Assembly (NCBI GenBank): GCA_963691875.1
Contig: OY829846.1
Coordinates: 1,088,001-1,152,000 of the forward strand
Reading direction: 5' to 3'
DNA: 64,000 nucleotides
DNA from: Aureliella sp.
GTDB lineage: Bacteria; Planctomycetota; Planctomycetia; Pirellulales; Pirellulaceae
The notes under the pieces were generated by a model. The model was given only the letters and a program-made list of their open reading frames with translations, was not told where the DNA came from and did not search any database. Shown piece by piece: positions 20,956-30,800 of the stretch (the first letter of the stretch is position 1; every line of letters begins with the position of its first letter). Both the position numbers and the translations under genes were made by a program.

Positions 20956-23900
20956 ATGTTAGGTAGTTTCAAAGGTTCTCAGCATCAAAAGCTCTGCTGC
21001 CTGATTTTGGCCGCGTCTCTATTGAGTAACGCACTGGCTGATCCCTGTGGCATGGTTCCCCCAATTTCCGTTCCACGGGATCAGCCTGGAATCAAACGCG
21101 AAGGTCTCCAGCAGACCTACGTGTTTTATAAGAATGGAATCGAGACCCTGGTTATCCATCCTGGCTTTAAAGGAACTGTCGACACTTTCGGGATGTTGAT
21201 CCCATTTCCGAGCCCGCCTTCGTTGCGAAAGGTCTCGGATTCCACCTTCGAACATCTGAAAAACATCATCGATCCACCGCGAGTAACAGTGGACCTGCGC
21301 CCTCCACACTTCAACTATGGATTCGGCATGGGGGGCAGCATGCTCAAGAAAGAAATGAGCGACTACGGCGGAGGAGCTTCTGCCGACGCAAGTATGGCGA
21401 TCCGTCGAGAAGAGACCCGTGTTTTGAAAGAAGAAGCTGTCGGGATGTATGACGTGGCTGTGCTCCAATCCGGCAGCAGCGAAGCCCTGCAAAAGTGGAT
21501 GAAGCAGAACGGCTACCGTTACCCAGAAGGTATGGACGAGGTCAGCGAAGATTACATCAAAGAGCGTTGGTGCTTCGTAGCTGTGCGTGCACGAGTCGGC
21601 CACAAGCAATTGGTAGATCCTAAACCGGGCCAGCGAGAGGTAGACGACTCCTTGCAGCCAGGAGCCAGCTTCGATGGTCACGTTCAGGCAATGGGCTTTC
21701 GCTTCCGCGTAGAAGCCCCCGTCGTGCCAATGCGACTTTCTACCTACAACGAAGGCGACTTGCGAAACATCGTCTACGTTCTTGCCGACAAACCAATGCG
21801 TTTCAGTAACTTAGGCCAGGAATTAGTCATGCGGCAAGTTTCAGGAAAGAGGCTCATCGCCAACCTGAAGTCACCTTTGCCACTTCTGGTCATCGGCGGC
21901 AAGTACTCCCAGCTCCCCCGCGTGCAATGCGACTTACTGAGGACTCAGCGAAGGGCTTCTACTATCATGCAGGCGGCAGAAGACTTGTTTCGCGGCGATC
22001 TCCGAGGTGCAATCAACGACCGACTTTCCAACCGAGAAGAAGAGCTAGAGAAACACCTCCTCACAATCAGTGAACGCTTGCAGCTTCGAGGCGAAGCAAT
22101 AGACAAGATGCATCGCGACGTTACCACCGACCAAGTAGCCGCGGAGTCCGATGCAATCCTAAAAGAAATGGAGAGCATGACTCTAACCGTAATCGACGGA
22201 GACTTCCCACTCGAAACGTTAGCCAACGAAAACTTAAAGCTAATAGGATACCGCCTGCCTGCACGATTCAATTCTCCCAAATTATACGATGCAAAGCTAC
22301 ATGGTCCGCCACCCGTTGATCCGCCTGAGAGCAAGCTGTACACACGTTCGCTCTCTGAGCTTCAGACGCTGGAACGAGTCAACGAAATAGAGTTTCTTTG
22401 CGGAGTACCTAACCAGACTCCCAACTCTTCGCGTTTCGGATCGGGCGTTTCTGCCATTCCAACCCTGGTCTGGCAAGGAATAGTCGTCGGCGGCGGTGTA
22501 ATTGTTCTTGGATTCTCCAGCAAGCTACGCAAGCTCTTTCTAGCTGGCATTGTGATTCTCTGCTTGACCCTTCCTGCCGCAGCCCAGACCGAAGAACAAA
22601 ATAATTTCCGATATAAGAAGAACAATCGTCCGCAGCAGACGCTCGTACTTATCGATCAGCTCGGCAATGGTGACGAAGCATCTGGAGCAGCGGACGAGCT
22701 CATCGCCGCAGGAAAGGTAAGCTTACGGTTTTTGACCAATCTGGTGCAACAAAGCGAATCGCGGGTCCAGAGAGGCTGGGCCATCGTTTGCATGGCTGAA
22801 TCGGAAGATCCAGAAGCAGATCGTTACTTGCGAGAACTGATGACTCAAGACTTGCCAGAGCTGGAAAAGACATGGGTGCAGAGTGCTCGAATCCAACGAG
22901 TTGAAGAGCTCGATGAACTCGTTGGGCTGTTTCACGAGTTTGGGGTCGATGAGGCACTGGCGCGCCCAATTCAAGTGAAGGTTTCCGAACTAGTTGCTGC
23001 GGACGGCAAGAACGACTTGGAACAGATTCTCACGCTTGCGTCTGGCGACGCAAGGTTACAGCAAGCTTTTGCGGCTAGAATCGCTGCAGCTACTCCGGTC
23101 CAATTGGCCAAAGTTGGCTTGACTGCGGAAGACGATGCGATTCGTCGTTTGGCCACTGGTTACCTGGCGAGCCTGGGTATGACTGACGATCCTGTGGCGA
23201 CGACGGTGATCACGCAGCTCAAGTATGATCCTACTGCAGAAGACTTTCCCTTTGCAGACGGAGCACTCTTTCTGCCAAGTCTGAATTGGACCCAGCTCGA
23301 GGCAAAGAAGTTATTTCTGAACCTGTCACTCTGGATGATGAAGGCCGAGAAAGAGAAGAACCCGCACGTCCGCCAGCAACTCGCAAATAACCTTCAAAGC
23401 CTTGTCTGGCGCCTTCCAAGAATTAGCCTGCAAGAAACCGCAGAACTATACGTAATGCAGCTCGCTGGTGATCTCTCGATGAAAGAACTGCTTGAACTAG
23501 CAGGCCAGATCGGACTATCAGTGCCCAACGAGGTTCGCGATTACGCAAAGAAGGGAGGCCAGTTTGAACAAGTCTACCATACTGCTCAAGAACCTTCATC
23601 CGACTCACAGGCTGGAAACCAAATTCACCTGAGACATGCCTTCAGACAAGATCTTGAAAACGACAAAAAGGATTCCGTGCGATTAGTACGTTTTGATGTT
23701 GGCGAAATGTCAGTTCATCCAACAGATAAGAAGAAGGTCTACAGGCTGAGTGATACAAAGCGACTTCGCGAGCTGGCAACGGTTGATGGCAAGTATTCAA
23801 AGTTGCTAATGGAGATCAATGCTCCGAATGATCTCAAAAGTTACACTCGCTTCTCCGACTACGGACACTATCCTGAGACGCAAAACTACCGAGGCCAAGC

Positions 23901-23970
23901 CAATATACCTGAAGGCCATTGGGTTTACGTCTATCCAGTCTGGTACATTTGGCAGAACAAAAACAGGTAG
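20956..23970 (+). CDS. DUF2330-domain multidomain membrane protein with HEAT-like helical region and aromatic C-terminal domain
   Basis: Signal peptide then ADPCGMVPP; FGMLIPFPSPP, VGMYDVAVL, LQKWMKQNGY, PMRL (DUF2330-like); two central hydrophobic segments; helical repeats; ends GHWVYVYPVWYIW. Confidence 0.75.
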   Translation: MLGSFKGSQHQKLCCLILAASLLSNALADPCGMVPPISVPRDQPGIKREGLQQTYVFYKNGIETLVIHPGFKGTVDTFGMLIPFPSPPSLRKVSDSTFEHLKNIIDPPRVTVDLRPPHFNYGFGMGGSMLKKEMSDYGGGASADASMAIRREETRVLKEEAVGMYDVAVLQSGSSEALQKWMKQNGYRYPEGMDEVSEDYIKERWCFVAVRARVGHKQLVDPKPGQREVDDSLQPGASFDGHVQAMGFRFRVEAPVVPMRLSTYNEGDLRNIVYVLADKPMRFSNLGQELVMRQVSGKRLIANLKSPLPLLVIGGKYSQLPRVQCDLLRTQRRASTIMQAAEDLFRGDLRGAINDRLSNREEELEKHLLTISERLQLRGEAIDKMHRDVTTDQVAAESDAILKEMESMTLTVIDGDFPLETLANENLKLIGYRLPARFNSPKLYDAKLHGPPPVDPPESKLYTRSLSELQTLERVNEIEFLCGVPNQTPNSSRFGSGVSAIPTLVWQGIVVGGGVIVLGFSSKLRKLFLAGIVILCLTLPAAAQTEEQNNFRYKKNNRPQQTLVLIDQLGNGDEASGAADELIAAGKVSLRFLTNLVQQSESRVQRGWAIVCMAESEDPEADRYLRELMTQDLPELEKTWVQSARIQRVEELDELVGLFHEFGVDEALARPIQVKVSELVAADGKNDLEQILTLASGDARLQQAFAARIAAATPVQLAKVGLTAEDDAIRRLATGYLASLGMTDDPVATTVITQLKYDPTAEDFPFADGALFLPSLNWTQLEAKKLFLNLSLWMMKAEKEKNPHVRQQLANNLQSLVWRLPRISLQETAELYVMQLAGDLSMKELLELAGQIGLSVPNEVRDYAKKGGQFEQVYHTAQEPSSDSQAGNQIHLRHAFRQDLENDKKDSVRLVRFDVGEMSVHPTDKKKVYRLSDTKRLRELATVDGKYSKLLMEINAPNDLKSYTRFSDYGHYPETQNYRGQANIPEGHWVYVYPVWYIWQNKNR

Positions 23971-24608
23971 CGGAAAGTATTCGAATAGCCCAGACAATCA
24001 AATTCCGGAGGGATCCGGGCTTACAGTTCGCATTGTTCCCAGCCCCATCTGCTTACGAAGGGGCGAGCTATCAGGCTCGGGGAGGTTCTTCCCTCTTCCG
24101 AACTTCCACCACACGTAACGAGTCCATCTCCGTTTGAGCGTACGATTGGCAAAAGCCCTCGATGAACCATTCCGCATCAAATCCCCCAAAGGTGACTTTT
24201 GCACTGCAAGAGCACGAAGTTACTTCGTGTCTAAGCAGCCACATTGCAAATTGCAGCCATTCGAAGTCTCGACCAATTTGTGAGTTCCGGCGTGGAATGC
24301 TGGAACAATTCTTTGGACCAACGCTTGTCGCAGATCTTGCAGCGATGAACGTTTTCCCCGGACACGACTTTCTTGTCCTCGACCAGGAATCCATGGATGA
24401 GTTCGATATATTCTTAGGGTTTGAGCCCGGAATACGTGTGGCCATTGGCGTGAGTGACAAAGTCAAATCTTTGCACAACCCTGCCGAGTGCTCGAAACGC
24501 ACTCCCGGCTAGAAATCTCGAATCTGGGGGCTGAAGATCAAGCAAATTGCAACGAGTAATGCCAATGCTAAACGCGACCTCTGTCGAAGCACACGAAGCT
24601 TAGCCTGC

Positions 24609-27600
24609 CTAAGGAAGGAACTCTTTTGGAATGGGGATGTTCGCGGCAGTGGCAGCTGTCTTGGTCATCAGCACAATGCGTTTCTTGCCGGGACTGGCAG
24701 GATCGTCAGTGACAACCCAGATCAGTTTTTGATCGGGAGAGCTGAGTTCAGCACCTGGCGTCGTATTGCCCATAATGGCTACTTGGGTCAGGGCCGAACG
24801 CACCGATTTGTTCTCGTGTTTAAAATCTCGCAGTTGCTGGTTTCGTGTGATGCCTCCCGCCTCAAATGCGTCTCCGTCCAGCAGGAATCCGAGAGTCGGC
24901 GTTCCTTGAGGGAGACGGTCATTCGCCTCCTCGACAATCACCGCGAGAGCATTCTCAATTGGTTCTTGGTCAAAACTGACGTTGATCGGGCGAGCCAAGT
25001 ACTCCTCCATAGTCAGAGGTTTCGCAGCCGGTGTACTTCCAGTTGCGAGCTGTCCGCGAATAGTAGCTGCGTCTTGCAGCCCCGTCCACGATGCAATCAT
25101 CAGATTGGACGCAAACTTACTCGGCAGGTACATGTTGGATACAACAGCCCCATCCTCGATCTGATAACGTGTGTATTGCAAAGCCTTTCGGAGCTGCTGC
25201 GGAAAACGGAGCGCTAAGCCCATCCAATATGGATGTGGAGTCTCGCTGACAAACCATGACTCGACTTGCCCTGGCCAACCATTAAGTACCTGCTGCATGT
25301 TGGCCATGGTCCGTCCTGCCTCTTGATCGCTAGCTCCAACCAGCTGCAACTCAGTGTACCAAGACTCTTCGAAATGCATTTTCAGTGCAACCGCCCGAGT
25401 GTCGTTACCGATCTGCATCCTCAAGATCGATTCGAGCCGTGGAGGATATCGTGACAGAATAACCCGGCCATCTCCAAATAAGAATGCTGGCGTGAAAATG
25501 ACTGACAAATCGTAATTGCTGCTGCTAGAGTTCCACAGCTTCTCAACAGGTGCTAGCAACGGAGCTTCACCGCCCCCCATGCTTGCAGCTTCTTTGATCA
25601 GGTTGACTGGGCCAACACAGAAACTCTCAACCTCCGTAGTTTCCGCGAGCGGCTTCTCAAGCAAATAGGCGTTTGAACCATTGGTCAGGATCTCCTTTTC
25701 CTCAACTTTCTCAGTCTTCGGGTTCTGCCATACGTTTCGCAAATAAGTAAGCGGCTGAGCAGAAGAAAGTTCGACTCGATAGACTTGCTGAGGCATACCG
25801 CCATCGGCAACCGGAGCGTAGTATCCAATCAAGATCTGCTGTACATCGCTGGACTCAAGTCCAACCGCCTTGAGTGTGGCGTCAAGCGAGTCTTTGACAC
25901 CAGGTTCCAGACTAGCCAAGATTCCTTTCTTAATTCCATCAGCGAGCAAATCTCGCGGACGAATGGATAGAAAAGCTCCAGCGCCAGGCGGCAGCAAATT
26001 CAGCTTAAACTTTGCCGGTGCAACAGGCGGCACCCAAATGTTGGTTTCGGAGTCTTGCAGGTTGTAGAAGGACAACATTGGGTCCTTCTCAATCACCGTG
26101 ACGGAGCCACCATTCTCTGGCGGCACGTAGGTTCCACCTTTGGCCTGCTCTTCTTTTTTGCCGCCGCCTCCATCTAGGGCACCGGAGTAAGACAGAATTC
26201 CGAGCAGCAGCAAAACGAAACCAGCTCCACCGAAAACGGGCACCATCCATTTATTGGAGGGCTTGCGTTTCTTCTTACGGCGAGACTTGGGCGACTTCTT
26301 TTCGGCTTTAGGGTCGGCAATGCCTTCGGCCTTGGCGACTTTCTTGCGAGCCTGACTTGCATTGCTCGACGTTTCTATCTGCTGGGTTGTTTTTTCCAGC
26401 CTGTCGGACCCCAAGGCCACGACAGCAGCGGCTTCCGACTCAGGTCCACCTCCCTGCTCTACCTCCTCAGACGTTTTGACTGCCTTTTGTTTTTCGGACG
26501 CAGCAACCGACGAGTCTGCTCCCTTGGGCTGATCTGCCTGCTTGCTCGGATGAGCCTCCACCGGCGTAGCCTCAGATGTCCCTCGCTTCTTGCGTTTCGG
26601 TTTCTTGCTAGCCGGTGGGCGCATACCCTCAAGATTGGGATCGACTTTCGCTACCGGTTCCGGTGGAGCAGCTTCGATGGTCGGCAGCTCAGCCACTGGT
26701 TGTGGGGATGCTTTAGAAACAGGAGGCGCTGGAGCCGATGATTTTGAAGCAGGTGATTCTGACTGCCCCCTAGATTGCTTTGTTGGAGCAGCTTTCGCAT
26801 TCGATTCCTGCTTGGTCTTTGCTGATTGCCTCTGAGGAGGCTCTTGAGATTTCGGAGCATCGCCCGCTGGAGTCATTACTTCTGGAGCCAACACCTCGGC
26901 GGCTGCGTTCACTGCTTTCGACGCCGGCTTTGCCACCTTACCTTTGCTAACCACTTCTTGGGCCGCTTTGAAGGCCGCGACGAACTGCGAACCGGAATTG
27001 AAACGAGCAGACGCATTCGGCGCGAGACAATGCTGCCAAACTCGCCCTTGAGGTCCCATCGCCTCCAGAGTTACTTTCGCCGCAGCGAGACACGAAGCTT
27101 GGTTGCTGACAATTTCCTGAGTGTTCTTCCCGCTTGATAGCGGCTTGCCTTCACGCAACCACCACCAAGTGCATCCGAGAGCAAAAACGTCAGTTGTGCA
27201 AGTCGGCAACTGCCCAGGCGCGGCGAATTCAGGAGCGAGGAAATGGGCGACTTGCATCTTGGGTAAGTGGGAACCGAGCAGCCCCGTCGCTTTTTCGTCC
27301 AAAGTTGCAGTGAGTACTGAAACAGGATCGACGACCAACGTTGCCTTTTCGCCGTCCCAGTAGATTCGATCCGGGGTTACGCGTCCATGTACGATCCCGG
27401 ATTCATATAGGAATGCAAGAGCGATGCCAACTTGCATTGCAATCGTATCTGCGACCTCTGGTGAAGCAGGCTTTTTCGCGAAAGCCTCAGTGAGCAGTTG
27501 TCCTTCGACAGGATCAACCTGCAAGAAAAGATCTTGCTGTTTGCCTTCTTCTTTGGAATGCGGATGTTTGCCAAGCTCTGGAATATAAACACGCTGCAAA

Positions 27601-28019
27601 TGTTCACCGGGAGCATTCGCCAGCTGAATCCCACGCGTCAAAGCGGGTGCCGAAGGCTGTAGCTTCGAAACTTCCTCGGCCGACAGGTATTTCCCCCAAA
27701 CAGGTGCGGGCGATTCTGCCTTCGTCAGATCCAGTTTTTGCAGTTCAAGCCAATCAGCCCAGAGTGGGGCTTTCAGTCGACGAATGACATGCCAGGGGCC
27801 GAGTCTTAGCGGTGCTTCAAGCTGCCCTGCAAGCACCTTGGCTTGGTACTTAGATAACTTCCCGAGCTGGATCAGTTGCTGAAGAACTTGCAGCCCATCG
27901 GCTGCTTGATTGGGAGCCAGCGATTTTGCCACTTCTGCAGCCCAAGTACGGCATTGCATCGCACTGGCAATGCCTTCTGCCGAAATACGTTTCCAAAGAT
28001 CAATACTTGAGAGGGACAT
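24609..28019 (-). CDS. Membrane-anchored Ser/Thr kinase-like protein (probable pseudokinase)
   Basis: Kinase C-lobe motifs FLAPE and DVFALG present, but the catalytic loop reads IVHGRVTPDRI and no DFG is visible. Long low-complexity linker, one TM helix, large extracytoplasmic region. Start set at Met 28019. Confidence 0.75.
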   Translation of the reverse strand: MSLSSIDLWKRISAEGIASAMQCRTWAAEVAKSLAPNQAADGLQVLQQLIQLGKLSKYQAKVLAGQLEAPLRLGPWHVIRRLKAPLWADWLELQKLDLTKAESPAPVWGKYLSAEEVSKLQPSAPALTRGIQLANAPGEHLQRVYIPELGKHPHSKEEGKQQDLFLQVDPVEGQLLTEAFAKKPASPEVADTIAMQVGIALAFLYESGIVHGRVTPDRIYWDGEKATLVVDPVSVLTATLDEKATGLLGSHLPKMQVAHFLAPEFAAPGQLPTCTTDVFALGCTWWWLREGKPLSSGKNTQEIVSNQASCLAAAKVTLEAMGPQGRVWQHCLAPNASARFNSGSQFVAAFKAAQEVVSKGKVAKPASKAVNAAAEVLAPEVMTPAGDAPKSQEPPQRQSAKTKQESNAKAAPTKQSRGQSESPASKSSAPAPPVSKASPQPVAELPTIEAAPPEPVAKVDPNLEGMRPPASKKPKRKKRGTSEATPVEAHPSKQADQPKGADSSVAASEKQKAVKTSEEVEQGGGPESEAAAVVALGSDRLEKTTQQIETSSNASQARKKVAKAEGIADPKAEKKSPKSRRKKKRKPSNKWMVPVFGGAGFVLLLLGILSYSGALDGGGGKKEEQAKGGTYVPPENGGSVTVIEKDPMLSFYNLQDSETNIWVPPVAPAKFKLNLLPPGAGAFLSIRPRDLLADGIKKGILASLEPGVKDSLDATLKAVGLESSDVQQILIGYYAPVADGGMPQQVYRVELSSAQPLTYLRNVWQNPKTEKVEEKEILTNGSNAYLLEKPLAETTEVESFCVGPVNLIKEAASMGGGEAPLLAPVEKLWNSSSSNYDLSVIFTPAFLFGDGRVILSRYPPRLESILRMQIGNDTRAVALKMHFEESWYTELQLVGASDQEAGRTMANMQQVLNGWPGQVESWFVSETPHPYWMGLALRFPQQLRKALQYTRYQIEDGAVVSNMYLPSKFASNLMIASWTGLQDAATIRGQLATGSTPAAKPLTMEEYLARPINVSFDQEPIENALAVIVEEANDRLPQGTPTLGFLLDGDAFEAGGITRNQQLRDFKHENKSVRSALTQVAIMGNTTPGAELSSPDQKLIWVVTDDPASPGKKRIVLMTKTAATAANIPIPKEFLP

Positions 28020-28735
28020 GTACGCTATGTTTTCAAGGTGGCAATCAGGAACCTTGGGCACGGCTCTGGCCGCCGAAAACACCCTTGGAAATGCTTCCTT
28101 CGACACCCTATTCTAGTTTATCTGCCTGCTAGAAATAAGCCCGCGAAGAGCGGCTACTGTACTCGTCCAAGACGCGAAGTTGGAAGAGAAACAACAATCC
28201 ATACGACCGTTTCTGCCTCCAGTAGCATTCGCCCATAGGACTTACAGTTAGCGGACTCACAGTTCTCAACAATCGCCTTGTTGTCGAGCTGCGCTTTGCC
28301 GCGGTTCGCAAAAGGGCTCAGGTATTTTGCGAGTCGGAGTTTTTGGCGTTCCCCCAAACAGTTTCAGAGAACCCGACATGCTAGTCGCAATCGGATCTGC
28401 CGAGTGTGGCTGTCAAAAGATTATTTGAGCTATGGCATCTTATAAATGAAGAGAAGGAACCAATTTCGGGTTCTGAGCGATAGACTCCCGACAACTCTCT
28501 AATGCACCGGTTGCTTCACATTTGCTGATTGTGGTGCTGGAATTCGAGGATTGGAATAGAAAGATCAGAGCAGATGAGTACACTTCCTAGCTGTCGCGGC
28601 GCTGAAGACAAAAAAACTCAGGCTCGGAGCCTTGGTAGCCTCTCCGAATCTGGCATTTCATCATCTGCCGCGCTCAAGACACCTTCTCACGCGACGCCCC
28701 AGCGATCTCCCTAATCAACACAAGGATCACCAACT

Positions 28736-29968
28736 GTGCGTGCTAGTCAGGCCACCGAGTATTTCTTTTCCAAGGCCGCCGACAAGATCGACCTTTCTCC
28801 CGAGCTTCGCAAGCTCTTGCTGACTTCCAAACGCGAAGTTGCCGTACAAGTTGCCTTCGAGAAAGACGACGGAACGATTGAGACTTGCTTGGGCTACCGC
28901 GTCCAACACGATGACGCGCGGGGACCAATGAAAGGTGGACTGCGTTATCACCCAGAGGTCGACATTGATGAAGTTCGTTCGCTCGCCAGTTTGATGACTT
29001 GGAAAACCGCCGTTGTAAATATTCCTTACGGTGGTGCGAAAGGCGGAGTGACGGTTGATCCTCGCGTGCTCTCGCAAAAAGAGCTCGAGCGACTCACTCG
29101 ATCCTTTATCGACGGTATTCACGACGTCATTGGGCCAGATACCGATATCCCGGCTCCCGACATGGGGACGTCTCACGAAGTCATGTCGTGGATTCGCAAC
29201 CAGTGGGAAAAATACCACGGTTTCAACCCAGCTGTCATCACTGGTAAGCCGGTGGAAGAATACGGCGCCAAAGGCCGTGAAGAGGCAACAGGACGAGGCG
29301 TCGGGATCATGGCGGTCAAAGCACTCAAGCGACTTGGCATTCGTCCGAAGGATTGCCGCACTGCGATCCAAGGTTTCGGTAATGTCGGCTCGCATGCTGC
29401 AAAATACATGTATGAATCGGAGTTTCCGATTGTTGCAATCAGTGACATTCACGGTTGCTTCTACAACCCAGAAGGGCTCGATATCCCAGCAGTCCTGAGG
29501 CACGTCCTTGAGATTGGTTCGTTGGAAGGCTATCAGGGCGCGGAGAAACTGGATGGAGACGATCTATTAACGCTCGACGTGGACCTGCTGATTCCGGCTG
29601 CATTAGGTGGCGTGATTCACGAAGGCAATGTCGACAATATCAAGGCCAAGCTGATCATAGAAGCTGCGAATGGTCCAACACTCCCTTCGGCGGATGAGAT
29701 TCTCGCCAAGAATGGTGTCGTGGTCCTACCCGATATTCTCGCCAACGCAGGCGGTGTGACGGTCAGTTACTTTGAATGGGTGCAGAATCGCCAGCACTAT
29801 CGCTGGAGCCTGGATCGTGTCCGTCAGGAACTCGACCGCACGCTGAGCGACGCCTTCGAGCAGGTATGGCAAGAGTCGGTAACCCGTAAGGTCGACCTGC
29901 GTACTGCCGCCTTTATCCTCGCCATCTCCCGCGTCCTCCGCGCCAGCGAACTCGCCGGCTGGACCTAG
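28736..29968 (+). CDS. gdhA: Glutamate dehydrogenase (Glu/Leu/Phe/Val family)
   Basis: GPMKGGLRYHP, GGAKGG, DIPAPDMGT, QGFGNVG, EAANGP, ANAGGVTVSYFEW. Confidence 0.95.
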   Translation: MRASQATEYFFSKAADKIDLSPELRKLLLTSKREVAVQVAFEKDDGTIETCLGYRVQHDDARGPMKGGLRYHPEVDIDEVRSLASLMTWKTAVVNIPYGGAKGGVTVDPRVLSQKELERLTRSFIDGIHDVIGPDTDIPAPDMGTSHEVMSWIRNQWEKYHGFNPAVITGKPVEEYGAKGREEATGRGVGIMAVKALKRLGIRPKDCRTAIQGFGNVGSHAAKYMYESEFPIVAISDIHGCFYNPEGLDIPAVLRHVLEIGSLEGYQGAEKLDGDDLLTLDVDLLIPAALGGVIHEGNVDNIKAKLIIEAANGPTLPSADEILAKNGVVVLPDILANAGGVTVSYFEWVQNRQHYRWSLDRVRQELDRTLSDAFEQVWQESVTRKVDLRTAAFILAISRVLRASELAGWT

Positions 29969-30162
29969 TACAGGCATGACGCGTCAGCGAGTGAATCTTG
30001 TCTTCAATGCCATTCGCTCTGGCCGGTAATTAACGGCTTTGGCTTTAGCAATCTGATCCCAAGGCCCGCGTCCACCTGTTTTGCTCATTAGCGAATATCA
30101 GTTCAGTGTCGATTTGTGGTCAACAGGCTAGCGATCCGAGCGGCTACAGCCTGGACTCCAGC

Positions 30163-30197
30163 AAAAAAGACTCGGAAGCGACAAGCTACCGAGCCTT
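30163..30197 (-). terminator. Probable intrinsic terminator of rpsT
   Basis: Imperfect inverted repeat aagactcggaagc...gctaccgagcctt with an A-run giving a U-tail on the minus strand. Confidence 0.55.
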
Positions 30198-30253
30198 ATG
30201 AAATATTATTGATTCGTTCCCTGCAATTACCCTGGAGGCCTGATGGCGACGTT

Positions 30254-30520
30254 CTAGGCGGAAGCGGAAACGAGCAAATGACTCATTCTGCTCTTTAGGC
30301 GAGCCGCCTTGTTTTTGTGGATCAAGCCCTTAGAAGCTGCCTTGTCCAACAGCTTAGCCGTCACCTTCGACAAATCCTTGGCTTCGTCCAGCTTTTTGTC
30401 TTCAACAGCCTTGCGGAAGGCGGTCAATGAGTGACGGAAACGAGTTTTCTGAGCTCGGTTGCGATCGCGGCGTACAACACTCTGACGAAGGCGTTTCTTG
30501 GCTCCTGCTGTGTTTGGCAT
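30254..30520 (-). CDS. rpsT: 30S ribosomal protein S20
   Basis: MPNTAGAKKRLRQ...LDKAASKGLIHKNKAARLKSR. Confidence 0.97.
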   Translation of the reverse strand: MPNTAGAKKRLRQSVVRRDRNRAQKTRFRHSLTAFRKAVEDKKLDEAKDLSKVTAKLLDKAASKGLIHKNKAARLKSRMSHLLVSASA

Positions 30521-30800
30521 GAATACTTTCTCTAGACTTTCAATGCGGTTTGATTCTGGACGTAACGTGGTAAGGTTACGACTCGCGATTGATCACAACG
30601 TCCGTGTGTGGTTCGCGTGCAACGTCGAGTCACTGACATCAACGATGACTTGGCTTTTCGGGGTCAGAAAACGATCGCACCAAGATGCGCCCTGACCGAT
30701 AAAGCTGCTTTCACCCCGCGACCGAGGTGACTCTCATCAGACGGGGTATCATGATGCCCTAATCATCGGAATCTGTCTAGCCAAAAATCCCTTCCTTCCC

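Noticed and set aside
24071..24592. Intact CDS between the DUF2330 gene and the pseudokinase
   Set aside because: Neither called ORF is convincing. The minus strand shows a signal-like start broken by TAG/TAA and frame changes, possibly a remnant, but no family is recognisable.
29969..30025. REP-like palindromic repeat fragments (also ~47150-47330, ~48990-49005, ~57587-57612)
   Set aside because: They resemble planctomycete intergenic repeats from memory but are degenerate half-copies with no clear second copy in the window; a genome-wide search is needed.
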